From the NCBI GenBank assembly GCA_977862235.1, contig OZ374565.1:1550001-1614000 (forward strand): a DNA stretch of 64,000 nucleotides. The letters run 5' to 3'. The translations under genes and the position numbers were made by a program. This stretch comes from Dudresnaya verticillata (lineage: Eukaryota). The notes beneath the pieces were generated by a model. That model was not told the origin of the DNA. It made no database searches and worked only from the letters and a program-made list of their open reading frames with translations. This document shows, one piece after another, positions 35,044 to 47,312 of the stretch (positions within the stretch are counted from its first letter, which is position 1; each line of letters starts with the position of its first letter).

Positions 35044-37519
35044 ATGCAGAACGAAGAACACGCAGACCCTCCCGTTACGGAACCTAAATCGGATGACACT
35101 ACCCCCGCTGCGCGCAGTCTGCGCAGTGAAGGAGGTGAAATCCGTTCCGGAGTGGAGAACCCAGAAGACATCCTAAAGGGTGCTGCTGGTAAAGCTCCCC
35201 GTTCCCGTGTCGGATCAGACGCCTCGAAGAAGGCAGCTCCGCAACCCAAGCCGGAATCCCATCGGGTCCACTGGGTCCTGTCGGAGGTCCTTCCTAGGGT
35301 GTTAGAGCATCTCCGATTGGAAGTACAACCTGGAATGGTAAAAGAGGTGGAGATATCCCTCTCGGAAACTGTTCCGTCTTTGGTTAATTCCTATCTGGAA
35401 CAGCACCTTCCTCGGATAGTGCAAGCGTTGATCCTACAGGAAAAGGTGGCCGCCGAGCTCGAGAGCCAGATTACTCCCGGCATGGCAAGGCCTCCCGCTA
35501 CGGAAACTTTCACTGAGCAACCACCGTTACGGAATGACTTCCCGGTCGAGGGAAGAACGCAGCAGCCGCAACAACCCCCCGTTATGGGATTGCCGCCGGG
35601 CACAGTACCCTCTGGGCCACTGCCACCGGCTCCCGTAACGGATTCTCAACATCAACACGCCCCTACGGGACCAACACACACTCAGCCACCGTTACGGTAT
35701 TCTCCTGGACATGTAGATGTGCCTACGCCAAGGCGCTATCAGCACGAGCGCTATACCGTTCCGGCTCGATCAGGTGGAGGCAGCGACCATCTCAGCGATG
35801 CGTCCAGCTCACCCCATCCGAGTCGGAGGACCGGTCGAGGTCGGCATAAACGAGATGCCCGACACTCCCGCTCTGACCCTCCCCGTCGGTCGCACATGGG
35901 CGACCACACCCAGCGACGACGCCACCAATCCGGTATGGAATCCAATGAGAGCAGCTCAGAGGATAGCCAACACCGCCGCCGCAAGAGGAGAAACCGAAGA
36001 TCGCGGAAACGCGAAAAAAGGCATGACTCATCTACCTCTACGGATTCAGACTCAGAGAGTTCTTCCGTAATGGATAGAGAGAATAGGCACCGCGCCAGAA
36101 AACACGGTGCCAAATCCGGAAAGGTTAAGGTAATCCGGCCGCTACATGACAAGTTTGTCAAAGCGCTGGACTACCGCACCTACCGATTGGATAAGAGGAG
36201 TAAGACCTACGGCTCTAAGTTCTCACAGAACATGAGCCGTATACGGAAGAAACTCGACGTCCAGATGTCGTCCCATACATTCGATGGGACGGAGCCTATT
36301 ACCGTCTTGGGATTTCTCGCTAAGTTCCGTGATGGTTGTAACATCAACGGCATCACCGAAGGGGTTGCCGTCTGGTGCTTCCAGTTTTTCCTTAAAGGAC
36401 AGGCCGAAGCCCTTCTACAGGCTAGGCTTGCTGGAGGTACCATGGCGGTTGACGTGGAGCAGTCCGAGATGCTCCGCACATATTCCGAGGTGGTGAACTT
36501 TTTATTGAGAACCTACGCTACGGATGAAGTGATTGCTGAAGCCTATACGGATGTCAGCAACTTCAGGCAAACATCCGCCATGACGGAAGAGCAGTTCTCG
36601 AACCAGCTTTGGGCCAAGGCTCTCCGTTGCGGTACAGTATTTTCCGATCGGGCATTGAAGTCACTGTTCGTTGAAGGACTCCTACCGGGTACTTGTCAAC
36701 AGATGAGAAATTATCTAGCGACGCATTCCCAGTCGGATTACCAGGCCATCACTCGCTATGCGACTGGCCTGGGTCAGTCCCATCGGGCATCTCGACGCCA
36801 AACCGTTCCGGCTCACGTCTTTGATGGGCGCACTAAAGCGCGCCCGTCTAAGGTGTTGTCGCTGGATTCCGTATCGGATATACACTATGAGTCGCAAGGG
36901 AATCGTTCCGCTACGGATAATCAAGTGCTAGCCGTCGAGGGAGGCCACGGTGCCGGGAACGAGCACGGGGGTTACCTTTTCTACCCCGTACTCCTCGCCC
37001 CCGCAAAGCGTCCACCCTACTCCGCCCAGGATGCCACGCGCGCAAGGTCCCCCCTATGGTGGACCTCGCCCGGCTCCTGGCCCCCAACAGCAGCCGAGTC
37101 ACCGTTACGGAAATAATGCCCACGATGGGCGAGGACAGCAGCAACAAGCACCTCCGCTACGGGATGAGTCGGATCCTCGGGTCCGACGCCTTTACGGAAG
37201 TGGTAACTGTCGCATCTGCCTTTCGCCAGAGCACGTTGTTTGCCCATGGATACAGGACTCCGATCGGGTTTGGCTCATGGAAGAGCGCGAGCGCAACTTC
37301 CAGAAGCACTACCCTGTAGGTCGCAGGTTCGTAGTAGGAACCAGTTCGAATCCGCAAGGGAATCGGGGCAGACCGCAAACGCCCCCTCCGCAACGGAATG
37401 CCCCGATACTATCGGTGGAGGACCATGAAGGAGTGAAACTCGCAGAATTGCGCGAGCCCATGGAGGCGGATCCGACTGGTGCAACCTTGAATTCGGAAAA
37501 CTCAAGGGGGGATGCGTAA
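35044..37519 (+). pseudogene. gag: Gag of A2, frameshifted by a ~5-bp deletion near 36955
   Basis: 35044..37116 plus 36950..37519 together match the 826-aa A1 gag. Confidence 0.9.
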
Positions 37520-37563
37520 GGGCGCCGCCATCCCCGCCTCACGGCGTTCCACCTCTCGCGAGT

Positions 37564-40500
37564 GTGGACCCGCCAGGGGATCGGCGAGATACCGTTACGG
37601 AACTCCCATTGGCTTATCAGACCAATGATACTATCTTCTTTATGCAACATCAAAATTACAAGATGCAAATTACCGTGGGACGGACAGATAGCGTGATGCT
37701 TCCTTTAATCTCTGTCTTGGACTCTGGCGCTGGGCCCAATCTCATTAGTGCCAGGCGCCTTCCGCGCCAATGGCTCCCACTCATACGCCCAGCAGCCAGT
37801 CCTCCATTACGGGATGCGTCTAATCGCGCTGTACGCCCTCTTGGTCAGATCCAACTTTTCGTCCGTATCGGAGAGCTCCGTGCTCGCGTTCATTTTCTAG
37901 TGGTCGCGAACTTGGCGGCTCCCTGTATTTTGGGAACTACCTTCATCGACCGCTACGTGAAGGCCATCCTCCCGCCGTTACGGAAAGTTGTTTTTCATCA
38001 TTACCCACCGGTATCCCTTGTTGGCCAAGCCAAAATTCCGAAGACGGGAACCACTGCCACCCTACAGCCCTCACCTCTTTCTACCGCTACGGTTTCTCAG
38101 AAAATTCGTTTAGCAACATCTACCCTTATTCCCCCTATGACTCAAACCACCGTAACGGTTAATACCCCCACGGGTGGGTTATGCTTTCTACAAAATCATC
38201 CTAAGCCGGCTTTTAAACACCTCACGTTAATGGCTAATGGTATTATGGATGTTGTACCTAATACACCGTTTCGGATCTGGGTCTCTAATGTTTCTAACAA
38301 GCCGGTACGGTTGCCCAAATCTACTGTCGTGGGCCTCGCTACTGCTGCCCCTTCTGCTATTTTTACCGTTGACGGTATACCTCCATTTAAGGAGGGGGAG
38401 GAACTATTCAATCATTTAATTCTAACCCTACCTCCGAAAAGGCCAGCAGCATCTCCCCTCACGACAAGGAAATAAGCAAACCCGTAACGGAAAATAAAAA
38501 TACTCCCGACTGGAAGGATCAAGTCCAGATCGGCACAGAAGAAGCATCGCTCCGTAAACGGATTCTAACCCTACTCGAGGAATATAAGTCGATGTGGAGT
38601 GGCGATCTTGGCAACATTACAGCTGCCAAGCACCGCATCGAGTTAACTCCCGGAGCGAAGCCAGTATATCAAGCCCCATACCGTGCCGGACATAAGCAGC
38701 GAGATCTCGAGAAGACAGAGATCGATCGCATGCTTTCCGCTAAGGTAATTGAACCAGCCTCATCGGAGTGGGCCAGCCCCGTGGTTTTCGTTCCAAAAAA
38801 GGACGGCACCATGCGGTTCTGTGTTGACTATAGAAGGCTCAATTCCGTAACGGTTAGGGACTCATATCCCTTGCCCAGGATGGATGAGTGCATAGATTCC
38901 CTTGGGGAAGCTACTGTTTTTACCACCCTGGATTGCAATAGCGGATATTGGCAAGTCGAGATTCCGGAAGAGGAAAGGGACAAAACTACCTTCACTAGCC
39001 ATTTTGGCTTATACCGTTTTCGGAGAATGCCATTCGGATTGAAAAATGCACCGGCAACCTTCCAACGGGCAGTGGATATAATCCTTTCTACGGTTAAATG
39101 GCAATTTGCCCTCGTCTACCTAGACGATGTAATTGTCTACTCAAGAACCGTTACGGAACATTTCCACCACTTGAAGGAAGTCCTTACGCTTTTACGATCC
39201 GCTGGGGTAACGTTGAAAGTGTCAAAGTGTGACTTCTTCAACGCGTCTGTACAATACCTGGGGCATGTTATCCGTCCCGGAAAATTAGAAGTGGATAATC
39301 GGAATATCCAATCCGTTAAGGTCGCGAAGCCGCCGACAAACCAAACGGAATTGCGATCCTTCTTGGGAATGTGTAACGTGTATCGTCGCTTTGTACCCAT
39401 CTTCGCTCGGATTTCAGCACCACTAAATAAGAAAACCGGCAAGGGCTCACCATTTGAGTTTGGAATATTATCCGACACGGAATATGAAGCCTTCGAGGAA
39501 CTGAAGAGACGCCTTATCTCTCCACCTATATTGGCTCTACCCCGTCACGGATATAAATATACGTTGGACACTGACGCATGTGACCACCAAGTCGGCTGTG
39601 TCCTTCTGCAGGAACAACCGAATGGCGATCACCTCCCTACTGGATATTGGAGCCGAAGCCTCACCGATGCGGAGAAAAATTATACGACAACCGAAAAGGA
39701 ATGCTTAGCCGTGGTCTGGAGCATGTTAACACTCCGACCCTACCTTTACGGTGATAAGTTTATTCTCCGAACGGATCACGATGCCCTGCGGTGGATCCTG
39801 AACCTCGCAGACTCATCTGGCCGCCTTGCCAAGTGGAGGCTCCGCCTATCGGAATTTGAATTTGAGGTGCAATACCGTCCTGGAATTAAGCATCAACTCG
39901 CCGATGGGATGTCGCGACTCCGAACGGATGGCGGTGACGATAGACCTTTGGATGAAGAGATACCCTGCTTTGTCGCCGAAAACACCGTCGACGGATTATA
40001 TGAGCATGGAGTATATTTAACCGATTGGGCCACATCACAAGAAACCGCTACGGAAAATAACGTAATATGCGCCGTGGAGCCCGCCAGTGGGAGTGCATCC
40101 GCCTCCCCTAGCCCGACGCAATACCGTCACGGTTTACTGTAATCCAAGAATCCGACGTTAAGGATGAGACAATTACCAGGGAGGAGTTCCTTGAAGCGCA
40201 AGCCCGAGACCCTTTCTGTCGTCTCAAAGCCGATACGGTAGGCTCCCCTGGATCACAGTTTGACTATGGCCGTAACGGATTCTTGGTACGCAAGTCCCAA
40301 TTGGATGGTGCTCTGCAGAAGGTGGTGCCAAGCGAACTCCGTAGACGGGTATTGTATTTATCCCACTACACCCTGATGTCGGGTCACCCAGGCGGAATTA
40401 AGATGTATTATACACTCCGACAGGATTATTATTGGCCTCATATGGCCAACGATGTATTTGAATCCGTTCGGACGTGTCGCTCCTGCGTGAAGACAAAGGG

Positions 40501-41846
40501 AACCCGCTTTCGGAACCAAAGATTTATGAAGCTTTTCCCCGCTAGCGGACCTTTGGAGTTTGTCGCTATCGACATTGTCGGGCCACTTCCGAAGACAAAA
40601 AGGGGTTATGTCTACGTTTTGGTAATAACCGATCGGTTTTCTAAGCTGACGCGCTGTATTCCGTTACGGACAACAACAGCCGTTGTGGTGGCTAACGCCT
40701 TTCTGGACTTTTGGGTGTACGCCTACGGCGCACCCCAATTTGTCCTAACCGATAACGGACCGCAGTTTACTGCTAACTTCTTCGACGCGGTGTGTTCCTT
40801 ACTCGGAGTCAGGCACCTGCTCACCGCTGCCTACCATCCGCAGACAAATGGGCAAGCTGAGCGATTTAATAAGGCAATCGCTCAGCGTTTGCGCCATTAC
40901 GTTGAGGATCATCACTCCGATTGGGATCTGTACCTGCTACCGTTGACGTATGCGTACAACATGCAGGTACACCGTGTTACGGAAACAACGCCATTTGATT
41001 TGGTGCTGACACGCCGCCCATCGGATATCGTTGTACGAGGGGCTCCTGTCGAGCATCAAGAAACCGTTACGGAAGGGCGTATGACCCCGGTGCTACAGAA
41101 GCGGAACACCATGCGCCGTTTACGGTATGCGCTCCAGACAGCGCGCACTAAGCAAACAGTGGCTCAGCAAAAAGCCAAGGCACTGTTTGACCGTAAGGTG
41201 CGCTTTAGGCCTATAATCCGTAACGGAGATCACGTCTATGTCGACAGGCCGCCCCATAACTTGCGGCCTGCCGAACGCCGTGAACGGGACCGATTGGAAG
41301 GCAAGCCGGATGATGTAGGCGAGGTGGCTCAGGAAATGAAGAAACTCCTTCCGAGAGCCACGGGGCCTTATGAAGTGGAATCCGCAACGGAACATGTCGT
41401 TACAATCCGAAAGGAAGGGGTATTGATCCCCGTAAGTATCGATCGGATCACGAAGGTTCCGATCGGATCACGAAGGTTCCGATCGGAGTTGCGGTTCAGC
41501 CGGCACCATTACCAGTGCCGCCTGTCACGCCATCAACCGCTACAGAGAAGTAGTGCCACACCCAGAAGGTACTACAGTAGTACCTCCTTCTGAAGGTACT
41601 ACTCCCTCCGCGACGGAACCACTGCAAGCCGATACGGAATATGTGATCGACAAGATTGTCGGTCACCGCGACGAACCTACTGGGATGACGTACAAAGTCC
41701 GCTGGTATGGTTACCCTCCGGATCAGGATACCTACGAACCCGCCGAGGAATTGCCGCAGAACTTCATCTACCGCTATTGGAAGCAAAAACGCAAGAGCTC
41801 CGCTAAGGGAAAGCCACTGCGACGCCCAGCCAAGGTACGCCGCTAA
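37564..41846 (+). pseudogene. pol: Pol of A2: PR-linker / RT-RNase H / integrase / chromodomain
   Basis: LDSGA; YLDD; DTDAC; HPGG..CRSC; TDNGPQF; GPY; 'EYVIDKIVGH...YKVRWYGY...DTYEP'; frame breaks at ~38400-38475, ~40100 and 41441. Confidence 0.95.
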
Positions 41847-43125
41847 CCGTAACGGAAAACAAGCTACTGTCGCTTGCGGTAATCGCAACTCCCCGCGATG
41901 TGGCGACCCGGTTACGGGAACTGCGTCTTGTCGACGCCTGCTACCGTTACGGGATGTCGTTGCTGCTCCAACTGGGGCATACCGCTCCGTCACGGATTTT
42001 GCCAGCGTGGGTCGCGTACCCTGCTGATGACGCGACCCATTTCCCGAAACGGTACTCTCGTTTTTCCGCAATATCGCAGCCGGCGTACTTTGCCCAGGTT
42101 CCACCGCTTACGCGGCACTCTTCCGTCACGGAAATCGCTCTGAACACCCCTTCAGCCACCGTAACGGTGTTCGTCGTTCACCTTTCCGGGAGGGGCACGC
42201 CTTTTTCTTGCGATGGGCGGCCGCCCCAGCATGTTTGGGCCAAGAACGGCCCCTTCCGCGACGGTACAGGAAAATTCCTGGGTCTCATTATTCTTCTCAG
42301 AGTCCCGGGGAATATATTAATATTGATGTTAATATTAATATTTTCAATATATTATATTGAAAATAATATATTAACACCGTCGCGGGTTGGGTTCATCTCA
42401 AGAGGAAGAGGTTCGTGGTGTGTCTCATAAGGGCAGGAGTGAAGGTACTCGCCTGTAACCGCTACGGATTCCTGAAACACGCCGCCTGCGACGGTTTGTG
42501 GCGTACCTAGCCCCCCAACTTCTCGACACCCAAGTCGGAACAACTTCCGTCAGAGGTAACGGGTGTGAAGTACCGTCATCCGATCGGAGTACGAATTGTC
42601 CATTGTGGATATGGGAGGGTAATCGACTGCGCGGTCGAGCAGACCGTTGGGGAAGCTTATTCCGCTACGGTGAGAGCAACACTCTCCAAGAGTGTTTGCT
42701 CCTTTATGTGTGGTAGGACCCCCATGTCGGATTTTTGCAAATGCGGCTGTCTGTGAGGTGTCTGGATTGCACACCCGTTACGGTGAAAGAGGGGTAAGTT
42801 CTGGCGTCTGCTCCGCTGACACACTGGAGTAACCCGTTGCGGATGTTTTATGAGACCGAAGACTGGCGACCAGCCTGGGCAAGGAATCCTTGCGGATGGC
42901 GCGCGACACTCGCGTCAAGCGCGTTTTGGTTATTCTCCGTGACGGAAGTCCTGGTCTTGGAGGTGCGTGGGGTTTCCCAACGCATCGAAGCAGACCGTGG
43001 CGGCAGTAGAGCAGTTGACGAAGGACCTGAAAAAGCTGCTCGAATCCGTTGACCGTGCCTCGCACCCAAGTCGCAACTCCATCAAGGTGGGCGCACGAGG
43101 ACGTGGCGCCATTTCAGGAGGGGTC

Positions 43126-43781
43126 TGTGGTGAAGTGAGATTCGGCATCCGAAACGGTGGAAATGCATATAGTGTGGCCTGAACCGTTGTGGAATTTGTG
43201 CACGTGTATCCGTGTCGGCTTTGGGTGCATTGTTGTGTGATGGCGTACATTGTTGTGCAGCAGTGGAGCGCACCAACCACAGCGGAGTATTTGTAGTGTT
43301 TATTCTTTATTTTTAGTGAGTATCTGTACAGTATGTAGAGTAGTGCGCCAGCCAATGAGAATGCTGCGCATGTCCGTGTCGGAGATTGGGACCAGCAGGG
43401 CCGATTCCACCATGGGTCCAGACCACTAGGGTCTGGCCCCCACGGACCGGACCGCTCGGTACCACCCTGACTTGTATATCAGGGCGGCACCGCAGCGGCT
43501 CCTAAGGTAAACGGGTAAGCAACCTTAGCCCAATCCTTTACGGTTTTCCTCGCGCCGAGCCCGTTGCGGTCTACCACCACCACCGTTACGGAGTCCGTCC
43601 CGGCACTTGTACCACCCCCTTGTCTGTTGCTTCCCAATATCCGTCTCGGTTAGCCGCTCGCTGTTCTCCCGTCTCGGTGCGAACTGCTCTACCACCCCGT
43701 GGAGGTAGTGTTGCTCTCGTCCGTTAAGGAAAGTCAGGCCAGCTGTCCGTCTCGGAGTTCGTGGGTTTTCACTACACCACA
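43126..43781 (+). repeat. 3' LTR of A2
   Basis: Direct repeat of 34240..34895. Confidence 0.97.
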
Positions 43782-43893
43782 GATTGAAAATTCATTAAAA
43801 ATTGCTGAGGTCAGCTGCTATTATGGCGCTTTGTAATTTTGCCACTGTGCAGTTTTGTTACTGTTTGTAACAACTCCTCCCCTCTTAATTGTC

Positions 43894-46267
43894 TTATTCG
43901 TCCTCGAATAACTTGTTGAAGTAGTTCTGGATAAGCGCTGGAAGCTGTGCGACTTCGTTTTTAGGTAACCATGTGTTTTCAATGGCATCCGTGTTGCTAA
44001 AATGCACTAGAAACTCGACTTGACCTTCATGTAGGCGGTGTGCGACGATCTTCTCAATGCGTCTTCCTGTAGGTGATCTTCCTAAATGAAGCTTTTGTGG
44101 AACATTTCTCTGATGTTGGTCTTCCACATAAGGCTTGAGTAACGAAATATGAAATGTAGGATGTAGCTCCTTATATTCGGATGGCAGTTCTAGTCGATAG
44201 GCTCTGCCGTCAGCTACTTTGTTAACGATGGTGAATGGACCAATGAACTTCGGAAGGAATTTCTTGGTTTTACCGAGTGGTTTGGGTAGGTTCTTAGTTG
44301 ATAACATCACGTGGTCTCCGACTTCGTATTGTTTTTCGTTTCCATTTTCTGTGTCCTGTGTATGCAAGTTTGCATCTCTAATTGCTTGTTGGGCGATCTC
44401 GTTTGCCTTCTTCATGTCCTCCAAGAAGGTTTGGGATTGGTCATTAACTGAGTGTTCAGTATGTAGTATATCGGAAACTGTTAATGGATTTTGTCCGTAT
44501 TCCAAATAGAAAGGCTTGTTTTTGGTTGTCTCGTTTGTATAGTTGTTGTATGCAAATTCAACTCTGGGTAGGTATTTGTCCCAATCTTTCTGTGTACTAG
44601 AGATGAAGCATCTCAACATTTCTTCAAGCGTCCTAAACGCTCGCTCGGATTGGCCATCTGTCTGTGGATGAAATGCGGTTGAAATGTTCAGCTTAACTTG
44701 CAGCAATGTCATCAGCTCTTGCCAAAATGTCCCCGTAAAGCGGGTATCTCTATCTGATATAATTTTTTCGGTATTCCATGATGTTTGTATACTTCCTCGT
44801 AAAATACCTGTGCAGCGTTGAATCCGTTAAAGTTGGGTTCTAGAGCGATAAAGTGCGCTCGTTTCGATAATTTGTCCACCACAACCATGATGGCGTTTTT
44901 GTTCCGTTTCGTCTTAGGTAGGTCAAAAATGAAGTCAATGGATATTTCCTCCCACTTACGTGTTGGCGGAGGGAATGGTCGACTAGTTCCTGGTGCCTTT
45001 TGGTTTCTGCTTTTCGATTCTTGGCACCTCTGGCAGCTCTTTTCATAGTTGTAAACTTCCTTTTTCATGTTTGGCCAGAAGTAATGGCTCGATATATTAT
45101 GAAGCGTCCGTTTGTAACCTCGGTGTGCTCCAATTAAGGACTCATGGTTATCTTGTAGCACTGTTTTTCTTGTCTCGCCTTCTGGTAGGCATAATCTATT
45201 TTCGAAATAAAGTGTCTTGTCCTTCCTCTTATACGGTTCTGATGGCTTATTTTAATGTTCTTTAAATTTCTCGTCTTCGAGATACTCCTTTTCTAATCGT
45301 TTAAGCACCCGCTCTGAGACGGATACGGTAGTTATCGTCATTAATTTTGATATGAAGGAGGTGGATGTCTTATATACTTCCTTGTACTGCCTAGAGAGAG
45401 CGTCTGCGACTTTGTTTTCTTTTCCCTTGATATAGTGTACTTCGTAATCAAACTCTTGCATAAACTCAACCCACCTCGCTTGTTTACGTGATAGGGTCTT
45501 TTGTGTATCTAAGTACTTCAGTGGATGGTGATCTGTATGTATTTTGAACTTAGCTCCATGTAGATAAGATCTCCACGTCTGTAATGCATACACAATAGCT
45601 AATAGCTCTCGCTCATGGGTACTGTAAACTTGCTCTGCAGGATTCAATTTCCTTGATGCATAAGCCACTGGTCGGCTTCCCAGTTCATCTTTTTGTGATA
45701 ATACTGCTCCTATTCCTGTCCCAGAAGCGTCAGCTGTTATATCGTAGGGTAAACCTGGGTCTGCACAACGTAACACAGGTGTTTTTGTTAAAGCTTCTTT
45801 TAACTGTTCAAAGGCAATTTGTTCTTTTTCACCCCACACAAAGGCATTTTTCTTTTTTGTCAGCTCCGTTAAAGGAGTTGCGATAGTAGCGTCTTATTGT
45901 AGATAAGAATATCGTCCAAGTACACTAGTACGAATTTGTCCAAATAGGGTTGGAAAATAATGTTCATTAAAGTCTGGAAATATATGGTCTGACCATTATA
46001 ACGGCCTCTCCAATCCGCAATTCCAGATCCTCCACACACCTTTCCATCGGAACAAGTGTCTGGTCCCATAATTCTGCGTTGAGATCAGTCTTTTTCTCTC
46101 TGCAGTTCCAACCCGTCTGCGTATTTCTTTGACATTACTATTTCTTCACAACCAGAGTCTACCAGCGTCTTGCAATGGAATTTACTGGTACCACTTCGTA
46201 GTGTCCCATTGTAGACCAACAATGCTTGTCGCCTGGACTTCTCTTTTTGTATGGTGAAAATGCACAT
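43894..46267 (-). pseudogene. pol: Pol of C: PR fragment, RT mostly deleted, RNase H, integrase, chromodomain
   Basis: LVDSGC; YLDD; ADASG..ELLAIV; HRG/CQRC; DFI; QTDGQSER; FIGPF; 'IEKIVAHR...FLVHF...NTW'. Confidence 0.92.
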
Positions 46268-46294
46268 ACTTTTATACTACCTACTACTCCCTTT

Positions 46295-46390
46295 TTTTGT
46301 TCTTTTTCTTGTTTTTGCAATGTTTGTGTATTTTTTGTATCTTTTTCTTGTTTTTGCAAAGTTTTTGTATTTTTTGTATCTTTTTCTTGA
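46295..46390. repeat. 39-bp A-rich tandem repeat at the gag-pol junction of C
   Basis: Encodes QEKDTKNT(K/Q)TLQK twice plus a partial unit. Confidence 0.8.
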
Positions 46391-46445
46391 CACTCGGCCA
46401 TTGTTTGTTTCTCCGTCGCCGTGTCGAAGTGACTCAACGGAGCAA

Positions 46446-47312
46446 TTAGTTTTTCTCTTCCTGTTTTACGGCTTGGCTAGCCCCAGTTTTGTAATGTTTT
46501 CTTGCATAACACCCTTTTTGTGCACAGATGAAACAAAGATTTTCATCCATATAGTGTTTCCTTTCTGCTGGTGATAGGCGATTTCCTCGTCTCTGGGGTA
46601 TTATTCCAATCTGCATAGGTACGGGCCCATCTGATGAGTTTCCATTTCCATTTCCATTGCGGAAACCATTGCCCCCAAATCGTGGAGTATATAGACTGTC
46701 TAGTCTATCCGCTATTTGCATAGCTTCTTGTAGGGTATTGGGGTAAGCCCTTTCCACTTCTACCCTGGTCCTGTGTTTCAGGCCCTGACTATAGTGAAAT
46801 ATCTGTTCTGCTGGAGCCATGCTCGGTATCTGTAACAACCACTTAGAGAACTCTTGGTTGTATTTTCTAACTGTGTTTAAGCTTCCCATTTGTTTTAATT
46901 CATTTAGCATCTTACGTGCATTCAACTCTCTGTTTACAGGTTCAAAGTGTTCCAACAATTTAGTGTTAAATACCTCAAATGTTGGTATATCAATGTTGTT
47001 TAAACTTATTAACTCCCACCATTGTATTCCAGCACCATTCATATAGCTTACGGCATACTTAACCTTTTTATCTTCAGGTACAGGATTGTTCTGGCTATTG
47101 AAAATATTTTCAAGGCTTTTAACCCAACTCCGAGCAAATTTACCGCTGAACTTATCAGGTTTACCCGTTCTTAGGTTATTGTCGATGTTTGATTTCGTCA
47201 CATTTTGATATGTCTGTGTTGCTTCTTGCAAGGTCTGGTTTGCCTGTCCAAGCTGTTGCTGTAAGGCGGCTACTTGATTCTGTAAATTTTGGACCTGCTT
47301 TGTGGGGTCCAT
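46446..47312 (-). CDS. gag: Gag of C (288 aa)
   Basis: KPDKFSG, 'AVSYMNGAGIQWW', 'GPVPMQIG', CFIC knuckle; ends in GAAAAAC-TAA. Confidence 0.9.
   Translation of the reverse strand: MDPTKQVQNLQNQVAALQQQLGQANQTLQEATQTYQNVTKSNIDNNLRTGKPDKFSGKFARSWVKSLENIFNSQNNPVPEDKKVKYAVSYMNGAGIQWWELISLNNIDIPTFEVFNTKLLEHFEPVNRELNARKMLNELKQMGSLNTVRKYNQEFSKWLLQIPSMAPAEQIFHYSQGLKHRTRVEVERAYPNTLQEAMQIADRLDSLYTPRFGGNGFRNGNGNGNSSDGPVPMQIGIIPQRRGNRLSPAERKHYMDENLCFICAQKGCYARKHYKTGASQAVKQEEKN

Larger units (their letters stand above)
34240..43781 (+). mobile_element. Ty3/gypsy chromodomain family A copy A2, full structure
   Basis: 656-bp LTRs 34240..34895 and 43126..43781; PBS 34901..34918; PPT AGGAGGGG before 43126. 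Confidence 0.97.

Noticed and set aside
38375..38449. Short GT-CTAAC-AG intron joining PR to RT in family A
   Set aside because: The nearest acceptors (38441, 38446, 38449) do not restore the RT frame
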